In this document: piece after piece, positions 1 to 14,842 of the stretch
Layout: each line of letters opens with the position of its first letter
How positions within the stretch are numbered: the first letter of the stretch is position 1
DNA from: the human T2T-CHM13v2.0 reference genome, Homo sapiens
Assembly: GCF_009914755.1 (NCBI RefSeq)
Contig: NC_060941.1
Direction: 5' to 3' (one strand)
DNA: 64,000 nucleotides
The notes under the pieces: model-generated
Seen by the model: the letters and a program-made list of their open reading frames with translations, nothing else
The model's database searches: none
What the model was told of the DNA's origin: nothing
Position numbers and translations under genes: made by a program

Positions 1-654
1 AGGTGCCCCACAATGGAGCCAAAAGCTTTAGTGAATAGTCCTTGCATCAAATGACTTTCTTTCCCTGGTTTGTCAGTAGCCTCAGGTCTCCACCTGAGCT
101 AAGAATCCAGACCAAGTGACAGGTGTGCCCAGTCAACACTGTATACATTGGCTAGGTTTGGAGGCACAGTGGGGATGTGGGAGAAGAAGGGAGAAGTTGG
201 GGGAAGGTGGGGGTGGAGCACATTTTACTTTCTTTCCTAGGTCACTAGGCAGCAGTAGAAGAACAAAGAAAATTTTGAGGTCTTTGTAAGTAAAAGATTT
301 TGTTAGAAGATTGGATCTGAAAATTATTATAATTTGAATAATAATATAATACAATATTATTTTGTGCCCTCAACTGGTAAAGAAGGATTGATGACACTGG
401 AACTGAGTTTTATGGAATTATTCCTCACTTGGCCTTTCTTGTTTGGATAGAAATTTTCTATGGAGCTGGTATACTCCTAGCTAGAGCAGAGGAAGCGCTG
501 TTGCCCCTCTCAGAAAACTTAAACGGAAAATTGGTTAAGAACTAGATGGAGGAAGCTTAGGTATATGGGTTAGGCCTCTTTGTCTTGGAAATATTTCACT
601 TCCTAGATATGGTTCTCTATTTATTCATTTTTCTTTGCCTCCTGACATCTCAAT

Positions 655-880
655 AGTATGTTAAGAGCATAGACTGTAGAGCCAGACTATCTGGATTACA
701 ATTCCAGTTCCCCACTTGCGAGTTGTGTGATATTGGGTAAAAGGCTTAAGCTTTCATTGCTTCACTTTTTGTATTCTCAAAATGGGGAAAATAAAGATAC
801 CTACCTCGTAAGCTTTTTGTGCGAATTATGTGCAAGTCAGGTACATAGTCAGCACTAAGTAAACATCTGTTAATAAATAA
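655..880 (+). mobile_element. MIR SINE fragment
   Basis: Resembles the MIR core (gttaagagcatagactg...tgtgtgatattgggtaa...aaaatggggaaaataa). Confidence 0.6.
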
Positions 881-1511
881 ACGATTGCTATTTAAAGCGC
901 TGATCCATTAACTTTGTACCAAACTTTGTAGAAAAATCTACAAAGCTATTTTGAAATCCACGATACTTGGGTTCAATCCCAAAACTGCTGAGTTAGAATC
1001 CCTGGCTAAAAACAGATATTCTAAATGCTCCTCATGCAATTCTGTGATATACCAAGTCTCATAACAACCCTACAAAGTCAATATTAATCTTGTTTCATAG
1101 AAGACACTGAGACTCATAAAATTTACTCATTTTTCCAAGAGTACACATCAAATGAGAGAGGAGAGTATTAGGATCTAAGAATTTCTGATTCAGAATTTCT
1201 TACTTCTTCCAACTTATCATATAAAGCCAGATGAAACCATGGAGAGAGGGGTTCACAGAATGAAAGGAGCAAGTATAAAAGAGAGGTGGGCACAAGAGAA
1301 AGAGGCAGAAAGGGGGACAAGATGAAGTGTGGCTGGATAATATGATACAGAGCTGATAAACAAGGAGGATTTTCCTTTCAAGTAACAGAAGAAATTGGTG
1401 GTGATGGAAATGGAGCAGTTCAAAGTGACATTGACAAAAACAAATATCTTCTCCTTCAATATTTTGCCTCAAGCTCACCCTGATGCTCTCGGTTAATAAT
1501 TCTTTAGCCTT

Positions 1512-1764
1512 ATGTTCTCACTCATAGGTGGGAATTGAACAATGAGAACACATGGACACAGGAAGGGGAACATCACACACCAGGGACTGTTCTGGGGTAG
1601 GGGGAGGGGGGAGGGATAGCATTAGGAGATACACCTAATGCTAAATGACGAGTTAATGGGTGCAGCACACCAACATGGCACATGTATACATATGTAACAA
1701 ACATGCACGTTGTGCACATGTACCCTAAAACTTAAAGTATAATAATAATAAAATTAAAAATAAT
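1512..1764 (+). mobile_element. 5'-truncated L1PA (L1PA4-like) 3' end
   Basis: L1 3' UTR with G-tract and polyA; TSD aataattctt(t/c)agcctt at 1495-1511 and 1765-1781. Confidence 0.9.
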
Positions 1765-1818
1765 AATAATTCTTCAGCCTTGTGCTCATGCATTAGTATT
1801 ACTTATAAGTGTGATTAC

Positions 1819-1987
1819 CTGATGGCTTCTTTTCCTTGGAATTCAGGAGCTACTGGTTCAAAATAATCATCAGAGGGATGCTCAGCATCGATTTCTTTCT
1901 CAATAACCTTAGCATTAGTCCTTTGGTGTTGGAAACAAGATGATGAATTCAAGAAAAATAAAGGAGAATAATGGCGCTCATCTCCAT
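1819..1987 (-). CDS. ABCA6: ABCA6 coding exon (linker before NBD1)
   Basis: aattag|...CAG|gtaatc, 169 nt; GDERHYSPLFFLNSSSCFQ...FEPVAPEFQGKEAIR. Confidence 0.93.
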
Positions 1988-3467
1988 CTAATTAACCAAG
2001 AGGCAACAAAATATGATCAGTAATAGTAAAACAATGCGCAAAGAAGCCTTGCTAACAACAATGCAGAATGCCTTGAAGTTTTAAGCATCATAGAGACATT
2101 TTTTCTTCTAAAACTCAATTTATTATTAAGAAGAAAACTTGATGATGAAGTAAACAATGGGAACTCAAAGGAAATAACATATTGCAAAATTAAACAATAT
2201 AATACAGCTTTCAACAAAGTATAAATAGAATGTGATCAAAAAAAAGAAAGTCAATAGGAAAGTGAGGTTCGAATAAAATATTAGGTGTATGACCAGCTGA
2301 GTTGGACTCCAGCTTTTCCCTGATCAAGACATTAGTACAGATCTTAGAGCCTCTGTTGTCTACATCTGTAGAAAAGGACACCCAACAAGGAAACCATTAT
2401 ATGTCCTTTTTTTCCAGTCTTAACAATGGGTTGCATTATCCTTAATAGGCTCATGAAAAACAGGTTTGTATCACCCAATAAACATATTTATTAAATTTTT
2501 TTAAAATGTGATCTAAAAGGTATTTAGGAGAATGAATGAAACCAAATATTTGGGAAGACACAAAGCCTTAATACAGTGCATAAAAATAATTGTAGACATG
2601 TTTGTCAACTTAAATAATTTGACCACAGCAACATAATTGAACATAATATTGAAATCTATATATTCCTGCTTAGGCATGAATACATGGAGAAACTGTATTT
2701 GTTTAGAATAAATTTATAGTGATATTTTAAATATATTTTTCCAGTTTAAAAAACAAAGTTGAATTTATTATTAAGGGCCTTCACATATCAACCAGAAGTC
2801 ACAGAAAGACAGGAATATATACAAGTAAATACATAGAAAACCTATAAGACAACCTTAAATAGTGGAAGGAACATATAAAATAAGAGGATAAACAAGAAGA
2901 TTGTGCCAGAAAAAAAGCTTTCTGATTCTAGAATGTGTGAAAAAATTCTGGGCTTACGTGACATTTTTGGTTGTTTGCAAGATAATTTAACTGGGCGATC
3001 AATATACTTCTGTAAATATGAACAATATATAAAACATTTTGAGAATGATGCTGAACAAATATTCATGAGAAAGCTCTTCCACAGTATAATGGCCTCCCGA
3101 GAGCCAAACCACCATAAGAACTAATTTCTTTTATCTTGTTTTGACATAAATCCTAATATGACCCTTTCAAAACACTTTCAGGGATCCATGAAAACCTAAC
3201 ATTATTTAATTACCACACAATTACAAGATGTATTATAATTATTGTTGTCATATAATTATAATATATTGCTATAGTAAAGTCATAAGAAGAATTGTTTTTA
3301 CATAAAAATTTCATTAGACCATTAGAACTATGAAGTAGAAATAATGAACTTATTAGTTTGAAATGGGAAATATTTAATATTCATTTTAAAAGTCTATATA
3401 ATCTTAAAAAATATATTCAATGTAATTAATAACTGTAGAGGACAGAGAAAAACTCACTATTACTTAC

Positions 3468-3615
3468 AGGGTAAAATTTTGTCAAAGTATAATGCCAATA
3501 GCAAGTAGATGAGACCATCCAAAAGCAACATAGAAAAAGTTGCTATCATTGTATATGAGTCTCCTGAAGGGTCAGGAAAAATTACACCATTCAAGTTATA
3601 ATCCAGTTTGATAAT
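3468..3615 (-). CDS. ABCA6: ABCA6 coding exon (last TM of TMD1)
   Basis: tcttag|...CCT|gtaagt, 148 nt; IIKLDYNLNGVIFPDPSGDSYTMIATFSMLLLDGLIYLLLALYFDKILP. Confidence 0.95.
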
Positions 3616-4309
3616 CTAAGATTCAAAAAATAAAAATAAATGTTTAAAATAAATAAATAAATAGCTTGGCATAGCAGGAAAAAGTATTAATTTATTAACT
3701 AGCTTTTTCAAGAGGCACTTAGTAGTTACTAGTCAAATATATAAATAAGTAAATAAAGGTATTGGTCAAAATATTTCTATTTTACAATGAAAAATAATTA
3801 GAAAGAAATATTTATTTAATAAATACAATGTTCTAAGTATAATAATTTAAATTATAATTCATTTGTTTGTTTTCAGAAAATCATTGCAGTATTACAAATA
3901 TCTATTCTGGGCAACAAAGGAGATATAAATTTTGGAAAGAATATAAGAAATTCTTGGACGCCTTTAATTAGATAAAAAGAGAACTTACCTCCTTTTCTAG
4001 TTATTATTTCAAATAAAAGTTTGTATTTAGAATTTTGCCACATAATAACAGCGACTATGTTCTAGGCACTGTCCTAAGTGTTTTGTATATTATCCCATTT
4101 AATCTTCCTTAAAACCCTATCAGATAAGCAATAAGGCTTATAAAAATAATAAGATTTTAATCTGCACTTTACATATGATAAAACTAAGGCACAGCGAAGT
4201 TGAGTAGCCAAAAGTGGCGAAGTGAAATTAGAACAAAGAAAGTCTTACTCTTAGGGCCAGTTCCTTACCCTGCACACTCTACAGCTTCTCAGTCTATGTT
4301 AAAATGTTA

Positions 4310-6860
4310 ACATTTTCATGATAAAGTTGAATTTATTCTAGGAATCCAAAATTGAGTCAACATTTGAAAATCAATCAGTGTAATTCAACATCAAACATTA
4401 AATAGGAAAATAATGTGATCAATATAATAGACACAGAAAAACCATTTGGTAAAATGTAATATCTATTCATAGTAAAGAAAATATCTTCATAAACTAAGAT
4501 GAATCTTCCTTAATCTGGTGAATTACATGCACTGAGACCAACAATAAGCATCATACTTAATGGCACAATGTAGAAAGCTTTTATTTTGCCTGCATTTCTA
4601 TTCATTATTGTACTAGAGGTCCGGACCTGTGCAGGAAAGTAGGAAAAAGAAATAAAAAGCATAAGGATTGCGATGGGAAAAATATAAGCCATCATTATTT
4701 GAAGACAACATGATTATATATGTATAAAACCCAGAAAAATATTGGGTTTAGTAAGAGAATATAGCAAGAATGCTGGATAGAACGCCAATGTACAGAAATC
4801 AGTTGCATCTCTCTACATTAACAACAAATGTTTAAAAATAAGAATTTAAACATAGATGCTATTTATAACAGCATGAAAAATATCAAAAGCATCAGAATGA
4901 ATCAAATAAAAATGTGTAAGACCTCTACAGTGAAAACTAAAACAGGCCAAGTGCATGGATCACACCTGTAATCCCAGCACTTTGATAGGCTGAGTTGGGA
5001 GGATCGCTTTTTTGAGCCCAGGAGGTTGAGATTAGCTTGAGCGACATGGTGAGACCAACTCTCTACAACAATTAAAAATTAGCCAGGTGTGGTGGTGTAT
5101 GTCTATAGTCCTAGTTACTTGCGAGGCCGAGGCGGGAAGATCACTTAAGCCCAGGAGGTTGAGGCTGCAGTGAGCTGTGTTTGTATACTCCAGCCTGTGT
5201 GACAGGGCAAGACCCTGTCTCAAAATAAAATAAAAATAAAAAAAGATAATTATTAAAGAAAATCAAAGATCACTGAAATGAATGCAAAGATATATTATGT
5301 TCATGGCTGAAAAAAAGATGACTATTTTCTTCGAACTGATCGAATAATTCAACTGCATCACACTCTTAATGGCTTTGCACAGGCACATAAGTGTGTGATT
5401 ATGTAACTTGATAAGCTAATTCTAAAATTTACATAATTGCAAAGAAATTAGAATAGACAAGACTCTATTGAAAAAGAGATTAAAGAGGTAAAACTGTTAC
5501 TGCCAGATATCAAGACATATGATAAAGCAAAACAATTAAGACAATGAGGCCACAGTGCAAGGATAGGCATTTTGGCCAATACATGATTGGCTGAGTTATG
5601 ATAAAAGAAAGATTGCAATTCATTCAAGGAAAGGATAGTCTAGTTGATAAATTGAGCTGGAGAAATTGGATATTTGTGTAGCAAAATTAATATTGCCTCT
5701 ACCTATACACACACAAAAGTTACACTGAAGTGGATTTTTATCTTAATGTAAAAGCTGAACCAGTCAATATTCTAGAAAAACAGCCAGAAAATATCTTTGT
5801 AAACTTGGTGTAGGCAATGATTCCTTACATTGATTTTTACAAAAAGCATTCTACATAAAAGAGAAACTTGAAAAATTGGACCTTATCAAAATTATGTATC
5901 TCTGTTCATCACAGTTACCATTAAGAGAGGAAAAAAGCCAGCAACAAATAATGGAAAAATGTCGGATGTTCAACATGTATAAGGAATTATCATAAAGCAA
6001 TTGGGAGAAGATAGAAAACTCAGAGGAAAAATGGGCCAAAGAACTGGATAGGTAATTTATAAAAAAGAAAATTCGTAATCCACTAAGCATATACAAAGGC
6101 ATTAAACGTCATCAATAATCGGGGAAATGCAAATTAACACTACAATGATATATCATTGCATAACCATCAGAATAACTAAAATTTGAAAGATTGACAATAC
6201 TAAATCCTGGTGAAGTGTTAGAAAAACTGGAATTCTGAAACACTGTTGATGTAAAACTAAATTGATGCAACCACTTTGGGAAAATATTTGGTGGTAGCTA
6301 CTAAGATTAATATTTGTATACTCTCAGCCCCACTATTCTGTTTGTTATACTAACGTAATGAACAGAATGAAATGTCCATATTCAGTAGGAAATGTGTACT
6401 AGAATGTTTGTAGCAGCTTTATTAAAAATGCTCAAAAACTAAAAATTATCATAATCTATTGATAAGAAAATTGATAGTATGTTAACACAATAGGATGCTA
6501 CATAACTCTACACTATAGCTACACAGAAACTATGCTGCCACCTAAAAACGTCATGTTGAATGAAAAAAGAGATTTTCAAAAATACACTTTGTGCAACATC
6601 ACTCCTATGAAGTTTAAAACATGCAAAACCAAAAATTTTCTTTAGGAACACATACTTAAGTGGTAATGAAAAGCAAATAAGTGAATATCATAAAATTTTT
6701 ACCTTTACGAAGGAGGAGTGTTCTGAGGGGTTTGTGACTGGTGGCAACATCCTATTCCTTGATCTAGTTCATAGATACTTTAATTTACTTTATAATTATC
6801 TGTTAAACTATACTTGTGTTTGGAAAGTTTTTCATATTCATAGTTTATACAATAAAAGTG
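4310..6860 (+). mobile_element. Old degraded L1 (L1M) ORF2/3' region, interrupted by an Alu
   Basis: A-rich, recognisable decayed ORF2 segments (gggaaatgcaaattaa...; caaccactttgggaaaa). Confidence 0.7.
4945..5244 (+). mobile_element. Alu (AluJ-like)
   Basis: Dimeric Alu, A-rich tail. Confidence 0.9.
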
Positions 6861-7198
6861 GGTTCATATATAACAATTTTAATAAACTAGCAGATATTTT
6901 CATTATGTTAAATGAATAGTAATAAAAGTAAATATTTGTATATAGGAAAAAAACCTAGAAGAAAATACTTCAAAATGAAAATATATCTGAGCGGTAAAAT
7001 CTGAAGGATTTTTTTAAATTTAAGTTTCTTTGTGAGGTGACTTTTTTTTTTACAATGTAATAATAACATTTTAAAGCTTAACTTTAGAAAAATTGTTTAG
7101 AATAAAAGCTCTTAGTTTGAGTAGTGCTGATCCTACAGCGTATGAAGTATCTACTTCTTTTGAAATTTCAGTAATAAACCAATTAACTAGGCTCTTAC

Positions 7199-7384
7199 CT
7201 GAATCATTCCAGTAGTAAAGGCAAAAGGGCTACAAATATTCAAAATCCACTCCAGAGATGAAGGAAGTTGTTCATAAAATACAGTGAATCCCAGACATCC
7301 CCAAAAGAGGGTAAGGAGAAACACAACCAAATTGGTGAGGACAGCTTTCTTTAACAGCACACTCATCAGGAACACCAAAGCTAC
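7199..7384 (-). CDS. ABCA6: ABCA6 coding exon (TM helices)
   Basis: ctcttgcag|...CAG|gtaaga, 186 nt; [18 protein letters not shown]...[11 protein letters not shown]. Confidence 0.95.
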
Positions 7385-8189
7385 CTGCAAGAGAGAGAAG
7401 ACATTCAGCTGTTATAAAAAATATTTAGCTCACTGAGAATCATTGGCAGCCCAATCAAATAAGGATTTTTATATCATAACATAAATATTTATCAGTGAGA
7501 AAGTGGTGAAAATATTAAGGTATAATGAGTCTGTTCTTTCCTCAACTTCTCTTGAAAAAGGATCCTTGTTTGTCCTACTCAAATGCCAGGCTTTTGTTGC
7601 TAGGAAAGGGTGGGGGAAAAGCTGGAATGAGAGCTGAGGATAGGGTAGAAATGCAGACTTGGGTCTAAATTAATGTAATGAAGCTAAATTAATGTAAGAA
7701 GGAGCATCTACATACTTTCTGCAGAAAACAACCTGGAAGATGGAAATTAGAGGTTCTTGTTCAGAGAAGGCAGAGCGGAGTGAAACGAGAAGTAAGTATG
7801 AGACAGAATATTAGAGGGAGAAGAGATATTGTGATCAGCTACCATGTGATGAGCACCCTTAAGGGAAAAAAAATTGGGTCCACCCCTCAAAAATAACCTC
7901 AATAATTATACAGAAAAGACTTTGATATTTTAGAGTCAGCATTGTTTTTTCTTTTTGATACATCATTTCATTAGTTCAGACCTTTATGCAAAAGGCAAGT
8001 CAAATTTTATTTGGATTACATAACTTTTTCACTCCATAGAAACTATTTCAAGTACACACAAGGACACACACATGCACACACACAATGGACATGAAAGTAG
8101 TGATTGCAGTAACCTACTAGGGCATTAATATTAGCTACATATAGCTAAGATCTAAAGCAGAGAAAGTGGTAATAAATGTATCAACTTAC

Positions 8190-8331
8190 CAAAGATAAGC
8201 CATATAAAAAAAAGAGTATAAATATGACCATGAAGCCAGTCATGACTATAATTTGGGTGAATGTTATGATAATTGTAATGAATATGGAAATAATAAAGAT
8301 GAAGCCAGCATAGATTAGACCCCAGGAGAGC
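8190..8331 (-). CDS. ABCA6: ABCA6 coding exon (TM helices)
   Basis: tttatttag|...TTG|gtaagt, 142 nt; [17 protein letters not shown]...FFLYGLSL. Confidence 0.95.
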
Positions 8332-8613
8332 CTAAATAAAGACAAAAAGTTATATAAATTATGTTAACTTATTTACAAAATATTTAATATATACAAAAGC
8401 ATCTAAAGAACAATGTAATGACTACCCTTGTACCTTCTAGATTAATAACTATACTGTTAATCCTACAGCAGAAGCTCATTGCATATCCTTTTTCAATCGC
8501 AATTCTCCTTCTTTATAATTGCCATTCATCTTCGTTACCTTTACCATATATGCATACAGAGATGATAGATGCTGAACACTGGTATAGGCACCAACCAATA
8601 GAAAGGATGCCAA

Positions 8614-8920
<307 letters not shown>

Positions 8921-11026
8921 TTAATTAAGTGACTGTAAGCACAGCTGGGCCATTGTGCCTCGTTGGTACCTACGTGTTAGGCAACAGCTCTGTGTGCATG
9001 TACTGTGTAAATAGTATGACTATTGTATTAAACAGTATCAATAATATCATATGTATGTATTATTCTGCAAGATGTCTTTATCAATCAACAATATTATACA
9101 CTGCTGTATAATATTTCATTATGAGAATATGACCCAAAATTCTGCTGCCCATGGAAATTTAGGTTGTTTTCCATTTTTTTCTATTACAATGCCAAGAACA
9201 TTCTCGTACTTGTCTTTTTTGAGAAAAATGTACAAGAGTGTTTCTAAGCATTTTGTAACTTCAGCTTTGTTAGATATTGCCATACCGTCCTAATTGTAGA
9301 ATTGGAAGCAACTTAAAAGCCTCTGATCAATCAAGTAACTCTATAAACACTGGGGCAGTTGATAATTTGACTATCCATGGGGATCTCAGCAGGCAGCACC
9401 TCCAGTCTCTTTCGTAGTAGAAAATTGAAATTTCACAACTCTACTAAGCCCATTCTATTCTCTCTAATCCTATTCATGATTTCTTCACTTACATTTGTAT
9501 AAAGTATGCTGCACCCTTAAATATTTGCACGATTTTGCTTTAGAGGTGCTAGTGTTGATATTTTTATGAAGTGGTTATTAAGAAAGAGTATTCAATCTTA
9601 GATCTAACAAGGCTATAGAGTGTTTTAGCCCACGTGTCTCATTTTACAAATAAGGAAACTGCAATCCCTATTATTTGTTAAGGGGTTTATCCACGGTCAC
9701 AGAATAAATCGGTAACAAAGTTCATGAAGTTGCAGGCCTTATCTCTGTCCAGAGATAAGTTCATCTACTTAACACTGACTAATTAAATGAGAATTCAATA
9801 GCTGAAGCATATAGCACAAGTATTAAAACCAGGACTTTGCATCAATATGTCCCAGTAGAACATGTTCACACCAGATTTACTGGTTATTTGACTTCTTTTT
9901 AAATTTCATGCCATTACAATAATTAAGCCTGTGTTAGAAACATCAGCACTTTTAAAAAACATATCACATTCTGTAGAACCTACTTCCTGAATTCAGAAGG
10001 GAACTACTTTAGGTAGGAATTGAAAAAACACAGGATATGAAAATTACAAATGAAAGAAATTACCTAGAAATTGCCACTACTTAGAAAAAGGAACCACTTG
10101 CAGGGGTGGAGTGGAAAGTCAGATGTTAATAAGTGTATAAAAACTATCTTGCTAAAAACAAAGCAATTCAGACACTATACTTAAAGAATAAATACTGATT
10201 AAATTTCACATTTATTACATTGGTAAAAAAATTGTCATAAAGTTTATTTCCACTAGATAGCCTGCACTTAGTAGAAACATTTCAGAATCTTTTTTCTTCT
10301 TAGTTTTAAGGACGTATATATGAATTTATTTTGCTAAGTTTTTAGGTCACATACATACTAAGAATCACTTATCCTGAGAATGAATTCACACCCAAATGTT
10401 CCATACCTTTCTGACTTTAATATAGAGTTGACTCATGCCTCCCTGGTCTCAGGTGACTGCAGGGACACTGTCCCATAGGACATGCCCTGGACAGAAAGAA
10501 GGCCCCTTTTACAGGGGTTCCCTCCTAACAGACTCCATGGGAGGCTCTAAGTCCATTCTTTTGTATTTCCCAAAGTTCCACTGCAAAAACTTCTTCTCTC
10601 TTTTTTATTTGAAGACACAGGTTCCTCTTTTTCTATCTTACAATTTATGTATATTAGAATTAAGATTCTCTCCATTAATAAAATATATTTTATAGAAAAT
10701 TAAAAATTTACTGTACCATAGTTTTATTTCAGGTAACACGTGGCTCCCAAGGAATTGTTCAATACATAATTTCTCATCCATTCCAGGTAGTTCCAAAACC
10801 ATAAAGAGTATTTGCTTGATATGGGGCATAGATAGAAAAACATCTCCCAGGATTTAATATAACAAATGTTATATTTCTTTTGGGGTATTATTTTTCCTTT
10901 TTTACTTTTTCTAGACAGACAGTATGGATTTTGTCATTGATAGTATTGCAAAAGCCTTTTGGAAGCTTGGAGCTTGTATGATTTGCATTCCTATCTGCTA
11001 ATCTTACTTACTGATTATTTGCTAGG

Positions 11027-11358
11027 TGTTTTGTTTTTGTTTTTGTTTGTTTGGTTTTGTTTGTATGTTTGTTTGTTTTTATGGAGTCTCACTCTGTCGC
11101 CCAGGCTGGAGTGCAGTAGCACGATCTCAGTTCGCTGCAGCCTCTGCCTCCCAGGTTCCAGCAATTCTCCTGCTTCAGCTCCCAGGTAGCTGGGATTACA
11201 GGCACGCGCCACCACACCTGGCTAATTTTTGTATTTGTAGTAGAGATGGGGTTTCACCATGTTGGTCATGCTGGTCTCGAACTCCCGACCTCAGGTGATC
11301 CACCCGCCTGGGCCTTCCAAAGTGCTAAGATTACAGGTGTGAGCCAGTGTGCCTGGCC
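11027..11358 (-). mobile_element. Alu (AluS-like)
   Basis: Reverse dimer, (TTTG)n-degenerate tail, TSD tttgctaggt. Confidence 0.93.
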
Positions 11359-12221
11359 TATTTGCTAGGTCTTTATTTCTACTCCTAATTATTTGTCTTT
11401 ATTATGACACAAATACATATCTATCTACCTACATACATATATACATACATGAGTGTGTGTGTGTACATATATGTGTGTATGTATGTGTACACATGCTCAT
11501 GTATGCATACATATGTAATGTATGTAAATATGTATACATAGCACATATGTATGTGTACACGCACTCATTATTTCAAAATCACTTTAAATTGAATGTGGAG
11601 TGGGGGGCAAGATATAAATATCAATATATATAGCAAATGCCCTTGCTAAGGTCTTCTTACATGCCAGCCTTTGTGTTGTATGTCCTAGGAATATTATGTG
11701 GGCTCTCTCATTTTATTCCAACATATAGTATTTACTTGCTCCAAAAAATCTATGCCTTGTGGCCAAACCCCTGAACACAAGTCAACTTTTACAGGATTAT
11801 ACTCTCTTCAACATGAGAAAGTCTGGAGAAATCAACTGTTAACTGTAAGAAGACCAGGCGAGAAAACAAGCTGCAGTCAGGGCACCTGGGTTAGAGTCTC
11901 AGCTCCGGCACTCACCCTCCATCTCACATTGGGCAATTCTCTTATTCTCTTTGAACTTCATTTTCCTTGCTTATAAAATGAATGACAGTCCCCCTGTATC
12001 AGTGTTGGCTTAAGACATTCACGGCACAGAAAAAGTGCTCAGCACATTATAAGCACTATTTTGCATGGCAAAATTTAACAGACTAAGTAAAAAACTCAGA
12101 ACAAAAGAAAAAGTAGCCAATGCATCAAGTTTAAACCATGATGCTCTGAAACAATAACACTTTTTCACTGCTTCTTAATTTTCCTGTTTATTAATTTGCA
12201 CTACTTGAATTAGTCACTCAC

Positions 12222-12448
12222 CAGAATGCTGAATCTTGGAGACCCATCATTTTCATCAAATTCTTAGACTTTTTTCTCTCTTTTGTTACATTGAGTGATA
12301 TAAAATATACAAGTGGGGAGAAATGAAGCAAGAAGAATAAAATAAACATCTCATTGTGAAGAAGATTTTTAGTTATGAAAGGTAATGTCTTCATAGTTAT
12401 AGCAGTAACTGACATCAACTCCTCCATCACAGGGTGATTGGTTGTGAT
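12222..12448 (-). CDS. ABCA6: ABCA6 coding exon
   Basis: ctttag|...CTG|gtgagt, 227 nt; ITTNHPVMEELMSV...KERKKSKNLMKMMGLQDSAFW (ABCA-typical motif). Confidence 0.95.
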
Positions 12449-12783
12449 CTAAAGTAGAGTTTAAACAAACATAATTATTATTTAAAAGATAGAAACTGGT
12501 GAACTATGAGTAAGCTCTGTGTATTTTACTTATGTCGGTTCTCCAATTTTTCTTACTGTACTGTAGTTATGCAAGATGTTCCCAGTAAAGGCAACTGGAT
12601 GAAGGGTACATGGACTTCTCTGTACATTACATTTGCAGCCTCCTGTGTCTTTACAACCACTTCAAAATTAGTTTTACAACCAATAAAATTGGTTTTAAAG
12701 TTTTAAAATAGATATGCAATGTGTTCCTTGGTCTGAATATCTGCTTCATTATATAACCACAGGAAAATCTGATTATATATCAT

Positions 12784-13141
12784 TGCTACGGTTTGAAAGT
12801 GGCCCCTCCTAAATTCTTGTTGCAACTTAATTCCCATTGTGATGGTATTAGGAGGGAGAGCCTTTGGGGTAGTGGTTGGGTCATGAGGGTGGAGCCCTCA
12901 TGAATGGATTAGTGCCTTGTAAAAGGCTAGAGGGAACTAGCTGAGGCAGTTTTTGCTCTCCATTCTTTCATCACGTGAGGACACTTAGACGGTGCTATCT
13001 ATGAGGAATGGACCTTTACCAGTCTTTGAGCCTGCCAACACCTTGATCTTGCACTTCTCAGCCTCCAGAAATAAATTTCTGTCCTTTACAAATTACCCAA
13101 TCTCAAGTATTTTGTTGTAGCAGTACAAACGGACTAAGACA
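12784..13141 (+). mobile_element. MaLR solo LTR (MST/MLT1A-like)
   Basis: tgctacggtttgaa...aataaatttctg...ggactaagaca termini. Confidence 0.8.
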
Positions 13142-13219
13142 ATTATCTTTCATCAAAAATCTTGAGGTCTCTGGAAGTAGCTGACATTAATTAGTAGAAC
13201 TTTTCAATCAAGCACTTAC

Positions 13220-13323
13220 TTCTATAATGGCAGTATTAATAGCTGTTTGTAAAGCCACAAATCCTCTATTCCAGTATTTGGTCAATGTACATGAAAACTC
13301 ACCATATCCATCCCAGCAATGAG
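13220..13323 (-). CDS. ABCA6: ABCA6 coding exon
   Basis: cttacag|...GAA|gtaagt, 104 nt; HCWDGYGEFSCTLTKYWNRGFVALQTAINTAIIE. Confidence 0.95.
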
Positions 13324-13435
13324 CTGTAAGCACAAAGAAAAGCACAGCCAACATTATGGGACGAGGGCAGTTGGAGAATATGAAACAAGTATTGAAAAGA
13401 AAACAATCTAGAGGAGACTCTACCAGTAAACTTTT

Positions 13436-13794
<359 letters not shown>

Positions 13795-14683
13795 TAGAAA
13801 AAGGAAGCAAATAAATGAAAGTTTTTAATAAAGCAATTTTATTCTTGCAGACCACAGCATGCTTAGAAAGTCTTAGAAAATAAAAAGGAGATGAAAGCAA
13901 ACACTCTGCTCCAGCCATAATGGACTCCTTGTTTCTTGACATTCTCCATAGCCTCTTGGCAATCTATTCCCCGGGCTATATCTGGAGTGTTCCCCTAATT
14001 TTGGAAACCGAATTACACTTTTGCCGTGATTAAAGTGACTCAGTGGCTATTCCTTGCCTAGGTTTACAAGATGCCACAGGAGGTAGCACTTGAGTGACTT
14101 CAGCTTCACTCTCCCATTACATTCCTTTTCATGTTCCTTGTTCAGCTATACTGCTCTTCTTCCAGATCTAGGAACAGATGTCCTTTCTCACCTCAGGGTC
14201 TTCACAATTACCTTTCTTCTATCTGAAACACAATGCTTCTAGCACCTCACACCTGCTATTCATTCTGGTCTCCCTTTAAACATCATTTCCCCAGGTAGGA
14301 CTTCTCTAATCCCACTATTAGGAACCCCTGGTCTAAGTGCCCATGAAACACTTTTTCTTGTACTTGTCATTAATTGTTCAATGTCTGTCTTTGCTGCTAA
14401 CCTGGAATCTCACCTGAGGCTGGGGCCTGTCAGTCTTGGTTACTCATGTGTCCTTTGACACATGCATCTGCACGCTCAACACATATATGTTGGATGACTC
14501 TACAATTTTTGCAGTCATCCTGTAGTAGGAACATACGATTGACCTTGAAATAAGTTCAGCAATGAAATGGGCTTTCCCTGTTTTCTCATGTGTCATTGAA
14601 AGCATCTCTGTTGCCCAACCTCCTCTGTTCTTTATGTTGAAAACATGAAAAATTCCATAATGATATTTGATATGGAAAGTCAC

Positions 14684-14842
14684 CTGAGAAATCTTCTTTC
14701 CAAAGTGGACTGTTATATCCCTGGAAAAATATTAACTTATAAGAGAAAGTTTCATTAAAGATGATTCCCATAGCATATGGTAAATTTTCCAGAAGTATTT
14801 CGTCCATGTGTGTTTTATTTGGTGCCCCAATGACACTTGTTC
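14684..14842 (-). CDS. ABCA6: ABCA6 coding exon (ECD1)
   Basis: attcacag|...CAG|gtgact, 159 nt; TSVIGAPNKTHMDEILLENLPYAMGIIFNETFSYKLIFFQGYNSPLWKEDFS. Confidence 0.93.
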
